Source: an uncultured Candidatus Saccharibacteria bacterium
GTDB lineage: Bacteria > Patescibacteriota > Minisyncoccia > Minisyncoccales > CAZPAG01
Reading direction: 5' to 3'
Assembly (NCBI GenBank): GCA_964584545.1
Contig: CAZPAG010000001.1
Span: 29,762-64,924, forward strand
DNA: 35,163 nt
Shown piece by piece: positions 25,747-35,163 of the stretch; position 1 is the stretch's first letter, and each line of letters opens with the position of its first letter. The notes below the pieces were generated by a model that worked only from the letters and a program-made list of their open reading frames with translations, was not told where the DNA came from and did no database searches. The position numbers and the translations under genes are program-made.

Positions 25747-27399
25747 TTAACCCTGTTGTTTTTTGGCGAGTAAAGCGCATAAATGTCTGGATATGATAAC
25801 CGAAACCTCTTCTTTCGGTAAAAACTCTTTAATCCCGTCTTCTAATTCTTTAACGTCTACCGGATCAATAATCTTTAAATTTTTGATGCCGCAAGCCGAA
25901 ACAATATCCTCTATCTTGATGCCGTTTTCTCCCATTCCGGGATTCAACTGGTGGCCAGTCATTGCCGTTGTCTGATTATCTAAAACTATAATCAAGGGGT
26001 TTGATTTATTAAAAACAGTATTGATCAAAGCGGGAATGCCGGCGTGGAAAAAAGTTGAATCTCCGATAAAAGCAATGACTTTTGATTTAGTACTTTTATT
26101 AACCCCGTGAGCTATGCCGATAGAAGAACCCATTGAAAACAAATAATCGTAAAGATTGTGAGGAGAAACAGAGCCTAACATATAGCAGCCTATATCTCCT
26201 CCAAAAACGGTACTTTCAGGAGCTACTTTTTTAACCGTAGTAAAAACCGACCAGTAAGGACACCCCGGACAAAACCTTGCCAAATGCTTCATTTTGGGAA
26301 TCAAAAATTTGCCCTCTGTTCCCGCGTAGAAATCTGAAATTTGAACTTTTTTACCGCTAACCCTTGCGATAGCCGAAGAAACGAACTCTGGCTTCATTTC
26401 CCCGGTTTGCGACAATAATTTCTTTCCGATAACCTCTAATTTACAATTGGATTTTTTGGCCAATCTCTCAACTTCATTTTCCAAATAAGGTTCCAATTCC
26501 TCAACTACCAAAATCTTTTTTAAACTTTTAATAAATACCTTTATCTTTTCTTCTGGCAACGGATAAAAGAATCCTAACTTCAAGACAGGTAATTCCAAAC
26601 CCAGCTCCTTCAGGGCCTCCATCACATATAGATAAGAAATGCCCGAAGTGATAATCCCTATTTTGGATTTTTTAGAAGAATCTTCACTGTTTATTTCTGA
26701 TTTTTCTGAAAATTCTTTAATCTTTTCTATTTTTTCCAGAAGTTCCTCTTTCATTTCCAAAACCTGGGGAGGCATAGTAACAAATCTTTTCTTGTCTCTA
26801 ATAAACTCTCCCTTGTTTTCCGGTTTCAAAATATTCTCAAACGTAACAAGAGACGACTGATGAGCAACCCTTGTTGTTGTTCTGATTATGACCGGTATCT
26901 TAAAATTTTCTGAGATCTTAAAGCCTAATTTTGTGAAATCCTTACATTCCTGGGGATCAGACGGCTCCAATATGGGAACATGGGATAAATAGGCGAAAGC
27001 CCGGCTGTTTTCTTCAGACTGAGCAGAGCTCCAACAATTAGGGTCATCGGCCACAATTATAACCATAGGTCCCTTGGTCCCAGCGTAAGCCAAGGGCAAC
27101 AAGCTGTCCAAAGCCACGTTTAGCCCAAAGCTCTTCATTGCCACCAATGTCTTTAAATTAGAAAAACTGGCCCCAATACCAGCTTCCAAAGCCACTTTCT
27201 CATTTGTAGAAAACTCAAAGTAAACTCCCGCCTCTTTTGAAATTCTGTAAAAAATATTACCTATTTCAGAGGAAGGAGTGCCAGGATAAGTAGAAACAAA
27301 AGCGACACCTGCTTCCAAGGCGCCTCTAACTATAGCTTCGTTTCCCAATAGAATAACCTTCTTTTCTGTTCCTGATTTGTTTGAAAGAATTCCCTCCAT
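25747..27399 (-). CDS. iorA: Indolepyruvate:ferredoxin oxidoreductase alpha subunit without the C-terminal ferredoxin domain
   Basis: LLGNEAI.RGA.EAG, YPGTPSSEI, NEKVALE, CPGCP, GDIGCY, GDSTFFH, LDN.TTAMTG. Confidence 0.9.
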   Translation of the reverse strand: MEGILSNKSGTEKKVILLGNEAIVRGALEAGVAFVSTYPGTPSSEIGNIFYRISKEAGVYFEFSTNEKVALEAGIGASFSNLKTLVAMKSFGLNVALDSLLPLAYAGTKGPMVIIVADDPNCWSSAQSEENSRAFAYLSHVPILEPSDPQECKDFTKLGFKISENFKIPVIIRTTTRVAHQSSLVTFENILKPENKGEFIRDKKRFVTMPPQVLEMKEELLEKIEKIKEFSEKSEINSEDSSKKSKIGIITSGISYLYVMEALKELGLELPVLKLGFFYPLPEEKIKVFIKSLKKILVVEELEPYLENEVERLAKKSNCKLEVIGKKLLSQTGEMKPEFVSSAIARVSGKKVQISDFYAGTEGKFLIPKMKHLARFCPGCPYWSVFTTVKKVAPESTVFGGDIGCYMLGSVSPHNLYDYLFSMGSSIGIAHGVNKSTKSKVIAFIGDSTFFHAGIPALINTVFNKSNPLIIVLDNQTTAMTGHQLNPGMGENGIKIEDIVSACGIKNLKIIDPVDVKELEDGIKEFLPKEEVSVIISRHLCALLAKKQQG

Positions 27400-27428
27400 A
27401 TATAGATACTATACAGGATATCCTGTTT

Positions 27429-29252
27429 TTATTCCACAGTAACTGACTTTGCCAAATTACGAGGTTTGTCAACGTCGCAACCCCTCAATGCGGCCACATA
27501 ATAGGCAAATAGCTGAAGAGGAACAATCGCTAAGATAGGAGTCAGCATCTCAAGAGTTTTCGGAATATAGATTACGTCATCAACAAGACTTTTAATTTCT
27601 TCGTTACCTTCCGTAGCGATAGCAATAACTGGCCCTTTTCTCGCTCTTATTTCTTGAATGTTAGAGACCATCTTATTATAGACGCTGTCAGAAGGCACTA
27701 CGCAGACAGAAGGAAATTTTTCCGAGATCAAGGCTATTTCGCAATGCTTTGGCTCTCCGCCTCTGCATCCTTCGGCGTGCACATAAGCTGTTTCTTTTAT
27801 TTTATGAGCCCCCTCCCTAGCCGTAGCATAATTATACTTTCTGCCGAGATATAAAAGATTATCAAAATTTTTGTATTTTTCCGCCAATTCTTTTATTTTA
27901 GGTTCGCTTTCTAAAATTTTCTTGACTAATTCGGGAATCATTGAAAGTTCTTTTGCAATCCTCTGCCCCATTACCAAAGAAAGCTGCCTCTGTCTGCCAA
28001 GACATAAAGTTAATAAAGCCAAAATTGTAAGCTGGGAAGTATACGCCTTTGTGGAAGCTACTCCGATTTCAGGACCAGCGTGATTATAAATTCCCGCATC
28101 GGTTTCCCTTGCCTGTGTCGAGCCAACAACGTTGGTTATGCCTATAGTCAAAATACCTTTTGATTTTGCTTCTCTTATAGCCGCTAAAGTATCTGCTGTT
28201 TCTCCTGATTGAGAAATGGCGATAACTGCCGTCTTTTTATCTAAAATCGGCTTCCTATATCTGAATTCTGAGGCGGCGTCAACTTTGGTAGGAATACCAG
28301 CATATTCTTCAAGCATATATTCTCCAACCAATCCCGCGTGACGAGCCGTACCGCAAGCTATAATATTTATCCTTTCAATTTCTCTTAATCTATCCTGAAC
28401 CGAATTTAAACCTCCAAGCTGAGCTTTCCCTTCATCAATAATCAACCTCCCCCTTAAAGAATTTTCCAAGCTTTCCGGCTGTTCCATTATTTCTTTAAGC
28501 ATAAAATGGGGATAACCTCTTTTCTGGACGTCTTCCAGCTCCCAGTCTATTTCCTGAGGCTTTTTATCTGTAATTATGAAAAAGTTTTCCGGAGTGAGAG
28601 TGGCTATTTCCCCTTCATCAAGATAAATAATTTTCTTAGTATAGGCGATTACGGCAGCCGGATCAGAAGCTACCAGAAACTCATTGTCTCCTATCCCCAA
28701 AAGCAAGGGGCTTCCCAAGCGGGCAGCCACGATTTTATTCGGGTCGTCTCTGGCAATTATGGCTAATCCATACGTCCCTTTCAAAAGACTAATTGCCTGC
28801 CTGACGGCTGATTCTAAATTGCCTTTAAAAAACTTTTCAATAAGATGAGCTATCACTTCCGTATCGGTTTCAGAAGAAAATTGATGTCCCTCCTTAATCA
28901 ACTCTTCTTTTAACTCTTTGTAATTTTCAATAATACCGTTATGAACCAGCCAGATATTTTTTTTACAGTCACAGTGAGGATGAGCGTTTGCCTCTGTAAC
29001 GCCCCCGTGAGTTGCCCATCTTGTATGTAAAATTAAAGGGTTAGCTAAAGAAGATGAATGGTTATTTATCTCTTCGAGCCTGGAAATCCTGCCAACAGAT
29101 TTTTGAGAAACGATTTCTTTTTTATTTTTATCCCAAAAGGCAAAACCCGCGGAATCATAACCGCGGTATTCTAAACGTTTTAACGCTTCCAGCCCTAATT
29201 TGAGAGAATTAGGATTGTCCGTTTTTGAAATATATCCTACTATTCCGCACAT
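27429..29252 (-). CDS. glmS: Glutamine--fructose-6-phosphate aminotransferase
   Basis: Start MCGIVG at 29252, LEYRGYDSAG, HTRWATHG, HNGIIEN, SQSGETAD, PRNLAKSVTVE. Confidence 0.97.
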   Translation of the reverse strand: MCGIVGYISKTDNPNSLKLGLEALKRLEYRGYDSAGFAFWDKNKKEIVSQKSVGRISRLEEINNHSSSLANPLILHTRWATHGGVTEANAHPHCDCKKNIWLVHNGIIENYKELKEELIKEGHQFSSETDTEVIAHLIEKFFKGNLESAVRQAISLLKGTYGLAIIARDDPNKIVAARLGSPLLLGIGDNEFLVASDPAAVIAYTKKIIYLDEGEIATLTPENFFIITDKKPQEIDWELEDVQKRGYPHFMLKEIMEQPESLENSLRGRLIIDEGKAQLGGLNSVQDRLREIERINIIACGTARHAGLVGEYMLEEYAGIPTKVDAASEFRYRKPILDKKTAVIAISQSGETADTLAAIREAKSKGILTIGITNVVGSTQARETDAGIYNHAGPEIGVASTKAYTSQLTILALLTLCLGRQRQLSLVMGQRIAKELSMIPELVKKILESEPKIKELAEKYKNFDNLLYLGRKYNYATAREGAHKIKETAYVHAEGCRGGEPKHCEIALISEKFPSVCVVPSDSVYNKMVSNIQEIRARKGPVIAIATEGNEEIKSLVDDVIYIPKTLEMLTPILAIVPLQLFAYYVAALRGCDVDKPRNLAKSVTVE

Positions 29253-29267
29253 ACGAACATGGGGAGT

Positions 29268-29320
29268 ACCCCGCCCCCTAAGCATAAGAAAATTAATACA
29301 TTTAGCATAGGGGGCGGGGT
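29268..29320. repeat. 13-bp perfect GC-rich inverted repeat between leuS and glmS
   Basis: ACCCCGCCCCCTA (29268-29280) / TAGGGGGCGGGGT (29308-29320). Confidence 0.85.
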
Positions 29321-29321
29321 T

Positions 29322-31721
29322 TCACTCCGTTACAATACTAATTAGCTTCCCCGGCACGAAGATTATTTTCTTTATTTCTTTGCCAGCTATCCATTTTTTA
29401 ACACTTTCGCACTCCAACGTCAATTTTTTAGCTTCCTCCTCGGGAATACCTTTATCAACCTCAACCTTATCTCTAATTTTACCGTTAATTTGTATAATCA
29501 AAACTGCCCTATCTTCTCTCGCCATTTTATCATCGTATACCGGCCAAGACTGATTATGAATAGAATCTTTGTGCCCCAGCTGATGCCACAATTCTTCAGA
29601 AATATGAGGGGCAAAAGGGGCCAAAAGCAGAAGAAACTTCTCTGCCACATCCTTCCCAATTTCCTCCTTATTCTCCGTCCCAAAATTAATAAATTCCATA
29701 AAAGAAGAGACTGCGGTGTTAAATTTAGCCGCCTCCAGATCTGAATCAATTTTTTTATTCAATTTATTTATTAAATTAACTGCTTTTTGCCCGCTTTTTA
29801 CATTCTTGCACTCTAAAACGAACTTCCAAGCTTTTTCTAAAAACCTGGAAACACCCTTTAAGCCCTGCATATTCCAAGCAATCGCCTGGTCAAAAGGACC
29901 CATAAACATTTCATAAAGACGCAGGGCATCGGCTCCATGCTCTTTGACTATGTCGTCAGGATTGATTATATTTCCAAAAGATTTAGACATCTTTCTGCCA
30001 TCCTCTGCTAAAACGATCCCGTGAGACGTCCTCTTTTTATAAGGTTCGGGATTTGAAGCGACTCCGATATCAAAAAGAAATTTGTAAATAAACCTGCTGT
30101 ACAGAAGGTGCAAGGTGGTGTGTTCCATCCCGCCGTTATACCAATCAACCGGCAGCCAGAACTTTAATTTCTTCTTGTCGGCAATTTCCATATCATTATC
30201 CGGATCGCAGTATCTCATATAATACCAATTGGAGCCTGCCCAGTTGGGCATAGTGTCTGTTTCTCTTTTAGCGCTGCCTCCGCATTTCGGACATTTTACA
30301 TCAACCCATTCGGTAATTTTAGCCAAAGGCGACTCTCCCGTCCCCGTAGGCTGGTACTTTTTAATATATGGAAGCTCAACTGGAAGATTTTTTTCGGGAA
30401 CTGGAACCATACCGCATTTCTCGCAATGGATAATAGGGATGGGTTCTCCCCAATAATGCTGACGGGAGAAAACCCAGTCCCGAAGTTTATACTGGATTGT
30501 TCCTTTGCCGAGCTTTCTGTCCTCCAGCCAGAAAGTAATTTTTTCAATTGCCTCTTTCGAAGGCAATTCGTTAAATTCTCCTGAGTTGATTGAAACTCCG
30601 TAATCAACAAAAGCCTCGTTTTGGATATCTCCGCCCGAGACCACTTCCCTGATTTCTAAATCGTATTTCTTGGCGAAATCATAATCGCGATAGTCATGAG
30701 CAGGGACCACCATTACAGCGCCTCCGCCGTAAGTGGCCACTACATAATCTCCTATCCATATTGGAACTTTCTCATTATTTGCGGGATTTACGCAGTAGCT
30801 GCCCGTAAAAACTCCTGTTTTTTCCTTCTCTAATTTTGTTCTTTCAAACTCGCTCTTCCTCCTGGATTCTTCAATATATTTTTTAACATCATCTTTATAT
30901 TCTTTTTTAACTATTTCCTTAACCAGGTCGTGTTCAGGAGCTAAAACCACTGCCGTCACTCCAAAAATAGTGTCGACTCTTGTGGTGAAAACTTTGATTG
31001 TCTTCTGCGAATCTTCTAATTTGAAATCAATTTCTGCACCCAAACTTTTCCCTATCCAGTTTGTCTGCTGGATTTTTATCTTTTCCAGATAATCGACTTT
31101 ATCCAAATCTTCTATCAAGCGGTCGGCATACTTTGTAATTTTTATAAGCCACTGCTTAATTTCTCTCTGCTCGGTCTGGGCGCCGCATCTTTCGCATTTG
31201 CCGTCAATCACCTCCTCGTGAGCCAAACCGATTTTACAGGAAGGACACCAATTTATGGGTATCTTCGCCTGATAAGCGAGCCCCTCTTTAAAAAGCTGGA
31301 GGAAAATCCATTGGGTCCATTTGTAATATTTAGGATCTGTAGTGTTGATTTCCCGACTCCAGTCAAAAGATAATCCCAGACTTTTCAGCTGTCTTTTGAA
31401 ATTAGTAATATTTTTTTCCGTAGCCTGTCTGGGATGAATGCCCTTTTTTATGGCGTAGTTTTCAGTCGGCAAACCGAAAGCATCCCAACCTATCGGGAAC
31501 AAAACGTTATATCCTTCCATTCTTTTCTTCCGGGAAACAGCGTCTAAAGCCGAATAGCTCCTAACGTGGCCTATATGAAGGCCGTCCCCCGAAGGATAAG
31601 GAAACTCAATCAGGATATACTCCTTGGGATTTTTTGAAAAATTTTCAGCTAAATAAAATTTACTATCCTCCCAATACTCTTGCCATTTTGGCTCTATTCC
31701 CCGAGGGTTATACGAATCCAT
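29322..31721 (-). CDS. leuS: Leucyl-tRNA synthetase
   Basis: FPYPSG.GLHIGH, GWDAFGLP.EN, VFTTR, LRDW.FSRQ.YWG.PIP, KMSKS, QINGK.R. Confidence 0.97.
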   Translation of the reverse strand: MDSYNPRGIEPKWQEYWEDSKFYLAENFSKNPKEYILIEFPYPSGDGLHIGHVRSYSALDAVSRKKRMEGYNVLFPIGWDAFGLPTENYAIKKGIHPRQATEKNITNFKRQLKSLGLSFDWSREINTTDPKYYKWTQWIFLQLFKEGLAYQAKIPINWCPSCKIGLAHEEVIDGKCERCGAQTEQREIKQWLIKITKYADRLIEDLDKVDYLEKIKIQQTNWIGKSLGAEIDFKLEDSQKTIKVFTTRVDTIFGVTAVVLAPEHDLVKEIVKKEYKDDVKKYIEESRRKSEFERTKLEKEKTGVFTGSYCVNPANNEKVPIWIGDYVVATYGGGAVMVVPAHDYRDYDFAKKYDLEIREVVSGGDIQNEAFVDYGVSINSGEFNELPSKEAIEKITFWLEDRKLGKGTIQYKLRDWVFSRQHYWGEPIPIIHCEKCGMVPVPEKNLPVELPYIKKYQPTGTGESPLAKITEWVDVKCPKCGGSAKRETDTMPNWAGSNWYYMRYCDPDNDMEIADKKKLKFWLPVDWYNGGMEHTTLHLLYSRFIYKFLFDIGVASNPEPYKKRTSHGIVLAEDGRKMSKSFGNIINPDDIVKEHGADALRLYEMFMGPFDQAIAWNMQGLKGVSRFLEKAWKFVLECKNVKSGQKAVNLINKLNKKIDSDLEAAKFNTAVSSFMEFINFGTENKEEIGKDVAEKFLLLLAPFAPHISEELWHQLGHKDSIHNQSWPVYDDKMAREDRAVLIIQINGKIRDKVEVDKGIPEEEAKKLTLECESVKKWIAGKEIKKIIFVPGKLISIVTE

Positions 31722-31803
31722 AAAAAATGCGTATTATACTTAAATTTATCATAAAAAATCAGCTTCTTCAAGCCGATTTTACGCGCCTTTCTGAATTTTT
31801 CTA

Positions 31804-32670
31804 TCAAATTCTAAACAATTCTCTAGCGTTTTTGCTGGTAATTTCCCCTAATTTCTCATAATCTAAACCCTTAATTTTGGCTATTTTTTCTACTACATAT
31901 TTTACGTATGCTGGCTCATTCCTTCCTTCCATAGGAGGCGGCGTCAAATAGGGACAATCTGTTTCAATTAAGATTTTGTCCAATGGAACCTTCTTAATCA
32001 CTTCGTCAAGGTCCAATATGATTCCCCGCCCTGCGGGGCCCCTGGAATTTTCACTTTGTGAAAATTTAAAAATTATACCGTTAAAACCGATATAAAAACC
32101 CATATCAAGATATTTCTGCGCCTGCCCCCAATCTCCCGTAAAGCAATGAACAACTCCCTTTGCTCCTGTATTATTTTCTAATATTTCTATAAGCTCTTGA
32201 TGAGCCATCCGGCAATGAAATATTATGGGAAGATTTAATTCTTTTGCCAGATTAAACTGAGCCAGAAAAACTTCCCTCTGCCTCTTTTTAAATTCCGCTA
32301 ATTTAATTTTGGTTTTGGGCCGATAATAATAATCTAGACCTATCTCTCCTATTGCCACCACCTTTTTAGACTGAGCCAAATTCTTATAACTGTCATGGCC
32401 AAAGTCCTCGTTTTTGGTTTGAAATGATATTTCCTCTTTGTCTAATTTAGCTTTAAAAATACCTTCTGCTAAATGAATAGGATGGAGACCAACGCTGGCA
32501 TAAACTCCCTCCTGGTATCTTTCAGCGATGTCTACCGCTCTTTTACTGGTCTTATACTGGGACCCGACGTTTATCATCCAGATATTATTACTTAAAGATC
32601 GACGAATTACTTCGTCGGCATCATCTTTGTAAGCGTTGAAATTCAAATGACTGTGAGTATCAATTAGCAC
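31804..32670 (-). CDS. tatD: TatD family DNase
   Basis: IDTHSH, GLHP, AIGEIGLDY, H.R.A, HCFTG, ETDCPYL.P, RNEP. Confidence 0.95.
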   Translation of the reverse strand: MLIDTHSHLNFNAYKDDADEVIRRSLSNNIWMINVGSQYKTSKRAVDIAERYQEGVYASVGLHPIHLAEGIFKAKLDKEEISFQTKNEDFGHDSYKNLAQSKKVVAIGEIGLDYYYRPKTKIKLAEFKKRQREVFLAQFNLAKELNLPIIFHCRMAHQELIEILENNTGAKGVVHCFTGDWGQAQKYLDMGFYIGFNGIIFKFSQSENSRGPAGRGIILDLDEVIKKVPLDKILIETDCPYLTPPPMEGRNEPAYVKYVVEKIAKIKGLDYEKLGEITSKNARELFRI

Positions 32671-32679
32671 AAAAAGTTT

Positions 32680-33618
32680 TTATTTTTTAATTTCGACCGC
32701 TACTCCGCTTTTCTTAAGCAATCTACGAGACGACCAAAAAGTCAAACCGACAAGACCGATGGTGGTCAAAGTCGGTAAATATTCGGGGATGCTTATATTA
32801 AAACTTTTTAAAATCATAAATAATCCCAAAATCCCAATCGAGGTCATTGCCCCATTTTTTAGCCATTTATACTGCCCTACTTTTTCAATCCCCATAACCG
32901 TTAACTGTCTGACTACAAGAGCGCCTATTCCATTTCCAATAATAATCAAGGGGATGCTGGTAGTAAAAGCGAAAGCTCCTAAAACTCCGTCAAAGCTAAA
33001 CGAGGCATCTAAAACTTCAAGATACATTAGTTTCGAAAAATCGCTCAGATTGGTTTTCTCGTCCTGAAGCCTCTCTTCCTGCTTCTCCGCCTGCTCCCTG
33101 AAACCATACATGATAAAAAATACTGCATTGCCAATAGCGGCCGAAAGCATCAGATAAAAAGAGCTTCTGGAAAGATACAGAAGAGCAACCAAAATAATGG
33201 CGGTGAAGCCAAAAAACCAGACTCCGTGTTGAGGCTTTATCAGTTTGTCGGGAACGAAATAAGGGTCTTTTTTTTCTAAAAATAGCCAGTGAAGATATAA
33301 AAGCAAAAGAAAAACGCCAGCCCCGATAAAAATCACCCCCTTTCTCTCTTCAACAAGCTGGGAGGCTTGGGGAGAACTTTTAATCACTGACTGAATAGCT
33401 CCCATAAAACCGATTTCAGGCGCTGACAGCCAGACTATTAATAACGGTAATAATCCCCTTACGATGAAGACGGCTGTAATTATCCCCCAGAAAAGAAAAA
33501 TCTTCCGCCACTTCGGACTCATCGTTTTCAGAACGTGGGCGTTAATAACAGCATTATCAACACCGCTTATTACCTCAAACACCACTAAGCCTAAAATGAT
33601 TAGGATAGCCGTAAACAT
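32680..33618 (-). CDS. DUF475/TerC-like integral membrane protein
   Basis: FE...GVDNAVINA, FLFWGI..AVF..R, YLEVLDASFSFDGVLGAFAFT, G.GIGA..VR. Confidence 0.85.
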   Translation of the reverse strand: MFTAILIILGLVVFEVISGVDNAVINAHVLKTMSPKWRKIFLFWGIITAVFIVRGLLPLLIVWLSAPEIGFMGAIQSVIKSSPQASQLVEERKGVIFIGAGVFLLLLYLHWLFLEKKDPYFVPDKLIKPQHGVWFFGFTAIILVALLYLSRSSFYLMLSAAIGNAVFFIMYGFREQAEKQEERLQDEKTNLSDFSKLMYLEVLDASFSFDGVLGAFAFTTSIPLIIIGNGIGALVVRQLTVMGIEKVGQYKWLKNGAMTSIGILGLFMILKSFNISIPEYLPTLTTIGLVGLTFWSSRRLLKKSGVAVEIKK

Positions 33619-33621
33619 GGT

Positions 33622-35052
33622 TTAAATTCTTGGGAATAACGGTTCGCTTTTCATTTCTTTCAATTGTTTCTTCATTTTTTGAGCGGTTTCAGGCAAAAAA
33701 GGTTCCAGCATTTCTGCCATATCGTTAATAATCATCATCAAATCGCCAATAACTTCTTTCTGATTCGGACCTGCCTGCCAAGGTTTTTCTTCTTCGATAT
33801 ATCTGTCACAAGAGCCAATTAAATCCCAAATTAGAATTAATGATTCATTCAGTTTGAACTCTTCCAAAATCTTCTTATAATTTTTCTTCGTTTTTTCCAA
33901 TATTGCCCTCAATTTAGCACTTTTTACCCGTTTTGAGGGCTGAATTTCGGACTTATCGGCTATTGTCACCACTCTTGCGACAAGATTCCCCAAGCCGCCT
34001 GCCAAATCAGAATTATATCTTTTTTCAAACTTATCATAAGTGAAATCACCATCTTCGGTCGAGGGAATTTCTCTCAAAAGAAAATAACGAACGGCATCAA
34101 CTCCATATTTTTTTACTAACTCAAAAGGATCAACAACATTTCCCAAACTTTTTGACATCTTCTGGCCTCCAGAAGAAATAAAGCCATGAACAAAAATACT
34201 TTTAGGCAACTGCAGTTTTAAAGATAAAAGCATTCCCAGCCAGATAGTTGAATGGAATCTTAAAATATCCTTTCCCAAAAATTGAATATCAGGCGGCCAG
34301 TATCTTTTAAAATTACCCGCTTGAAAACCGCCTAAAGCCGAAATATAGTTTATCAAAGCATCCGCCCAAACGTATATAGTTTGAGAATTGTCTCCTGGAA
34401 CAGGCACCCCCCATTCCAAATCTTTCCTGGGTCTTGAAAAACTGATATCTTCCAATCCCTGATTAACGAAACTCAACATTTCATTTTTCCTCTCTTTTGG
34501 AATTATCTTAACCTTATCTTTTTTAATAATTTCCCCTATCTTGTCGGAGTATTTGGATAGTCTGAAAAAATAGTTCTCTTCTCCCACTATTTCGGGCTCT
34601 TTTTGATGAATTCTGCACTTACCGTCAACTAAATCTTTCTTGGTTACAAACGCCTCACAGCCAATACAATAAAGACCATTATATTTTTTCTTATATATGT
34701 CTCCGTTCTCTGCTAATTTATTCCAGAATTCTTCAACCACCGGCCAATGACGTTTTTGATCTGTTGTCCTGATAAAATCGTCATTTGACAAGTTTAAAAC
34801 TTCTGTCAGTTTTCTGAATTGATTTGAAATTTCATCGGTAAACTCTTTTGGAGATTTATCGTTTTTCTCAGCTGCTTTAGTTATCTTTGCCCCATGCTCA
34901 TCGGTACCGGTTAAAAAGAAGACATCTTCTCCCAAAATACGGTAATACCTAGAAATGACATCCGCCTGTGTCAATTCCAATGCAAAACCAATGTGAGGAT
35001 AGGCGTTTGTATAGGCGATACTCGTTGTAAAATAAAACTTTTTCTTTGGCAT
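33622..35052 (-). CDS. metG: Methionyl-tRNA synthetase (short form without the C-terminal tRNA-binding domain)
   Basis: Y.N..PHIG, TGTDEHG, FIRTT, YVW.DAL.NY, GKDI.RFH, KMSKSLGN. Confidence 0.96.
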   Translation of the reverse strand: MPKKKFYFTTSIAYTNAYPHIGFALELTQADVISRYYRILGEDVFFLTGTDEHGAKITKAAEKNDKSPKEFTDEISNQFRKLTEVLNLSNDDFIRTTDQKRHWPVVEEFWNKLAENGDIYKKKYNGLYCIGCEAFVTKKDLVDGKCRIHQKEPEIVGEENYFFRLSKYSDKIGEIIKKDKVKIIPKERKNEMLSFVNQGLEDISFSRPRKDLEWGVPVPGDNSQTIYVWADALINYISALGGFQAGNFKRYWPPDIQFLGKDILRFHSTIWLGMLLSLKLQLPKSIFVHGFISSGGQKMSKSLGNVVDPFELVKKYGVDAVRYFLLREIPSTEDGDFTYDKFEKRYNSDLAGGLGNLVARVVTIADKSEIQPSKRVKSAKLRAILEKTKKNYKKILEEFKLNESLILIWDLIGSCDRYIEEEKPWQAGPNQKEVIGDLMMIINDMAEMLEPFLPETAQKMKKQLKEMKSEPLFPRI

Positions 35053-35066
35053 ATGACGGTTTAATA

Positions 35067-35163
35067 CTATTTTATCATATTTTGACCTTCCAAAACGACG
35101 ACAAACTCCCCTTTTATTTCGCCTCTTTTAATCTCTTCAATAACCTTCTCTATCTCCCCCCGA
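35067..35163 (-). CDS. rsmI: 3' end of a probable 16S rRNA methyltransferase RsmI (partial, runs off the window)
   Basis: Manual translation RGEIEKVIEEIKRGEIKGEFVVVLEGQNMIK*; KGEFVVV is typical of RsmI C-termini and rsmI-metG-tatD linkage is common. Confidence 0.6.
   Translation of the reverse strand, partial: RGEIEKVIEEIKRGEIKGEFVVVLEGQNMIK

Noticed and set aside
29253-29321. glmS ribozyme
   Set aside because: The spacer is only 69 nt and lacks the conserved AGCGCC...GACGAGG core.

Overview
Gene-dense, AT-rich bacterial chromosome segment of mostly housekeeping genes, almost all on the minus strand: GT-B glycosyltransferase, comEC, nrdG, nrdD, ftsZ, ftsA, ybeY, yqeY, rpsU, HIT, hisS, lepB, pth, a GGDEF protein, a shortened mfd, topA, tRNA-Leu(CAA), a small membrane protein, PAP2, folD, glyA, tsaC, glmU-like, yvcK, murA, iorBA, glmS, leuS, tatD, DUF475/TerC, metG and the 3' end of a probable rsmI. 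Compact operons, near-leaderless promoters, truncated proteins and short GC-rich palindromes resemble a CPR/Patescibacteria (Parcubacteria-like) genome; this is an inference. No transposase, phage gene or CRISPR array is visible. The strongest unexplained signal is a ~600-nt minus-strand unit (about 21500 to 20900) with its own sigma70 promoter and terminator, many hairpins, four AGGAGG motifs and no long ORF. Also notable: a 28-bp-stem leader before the GGDEF gene, a four-hairpin ftsA leader, a tail-less FtsZ with an altered T7 loop, palindromes apparently inserted in frame in topA and tatD, and translational coupling of comEC to nrdDG behind a DnaA box. Gene calls rest on motif recognition only; no database search was run.
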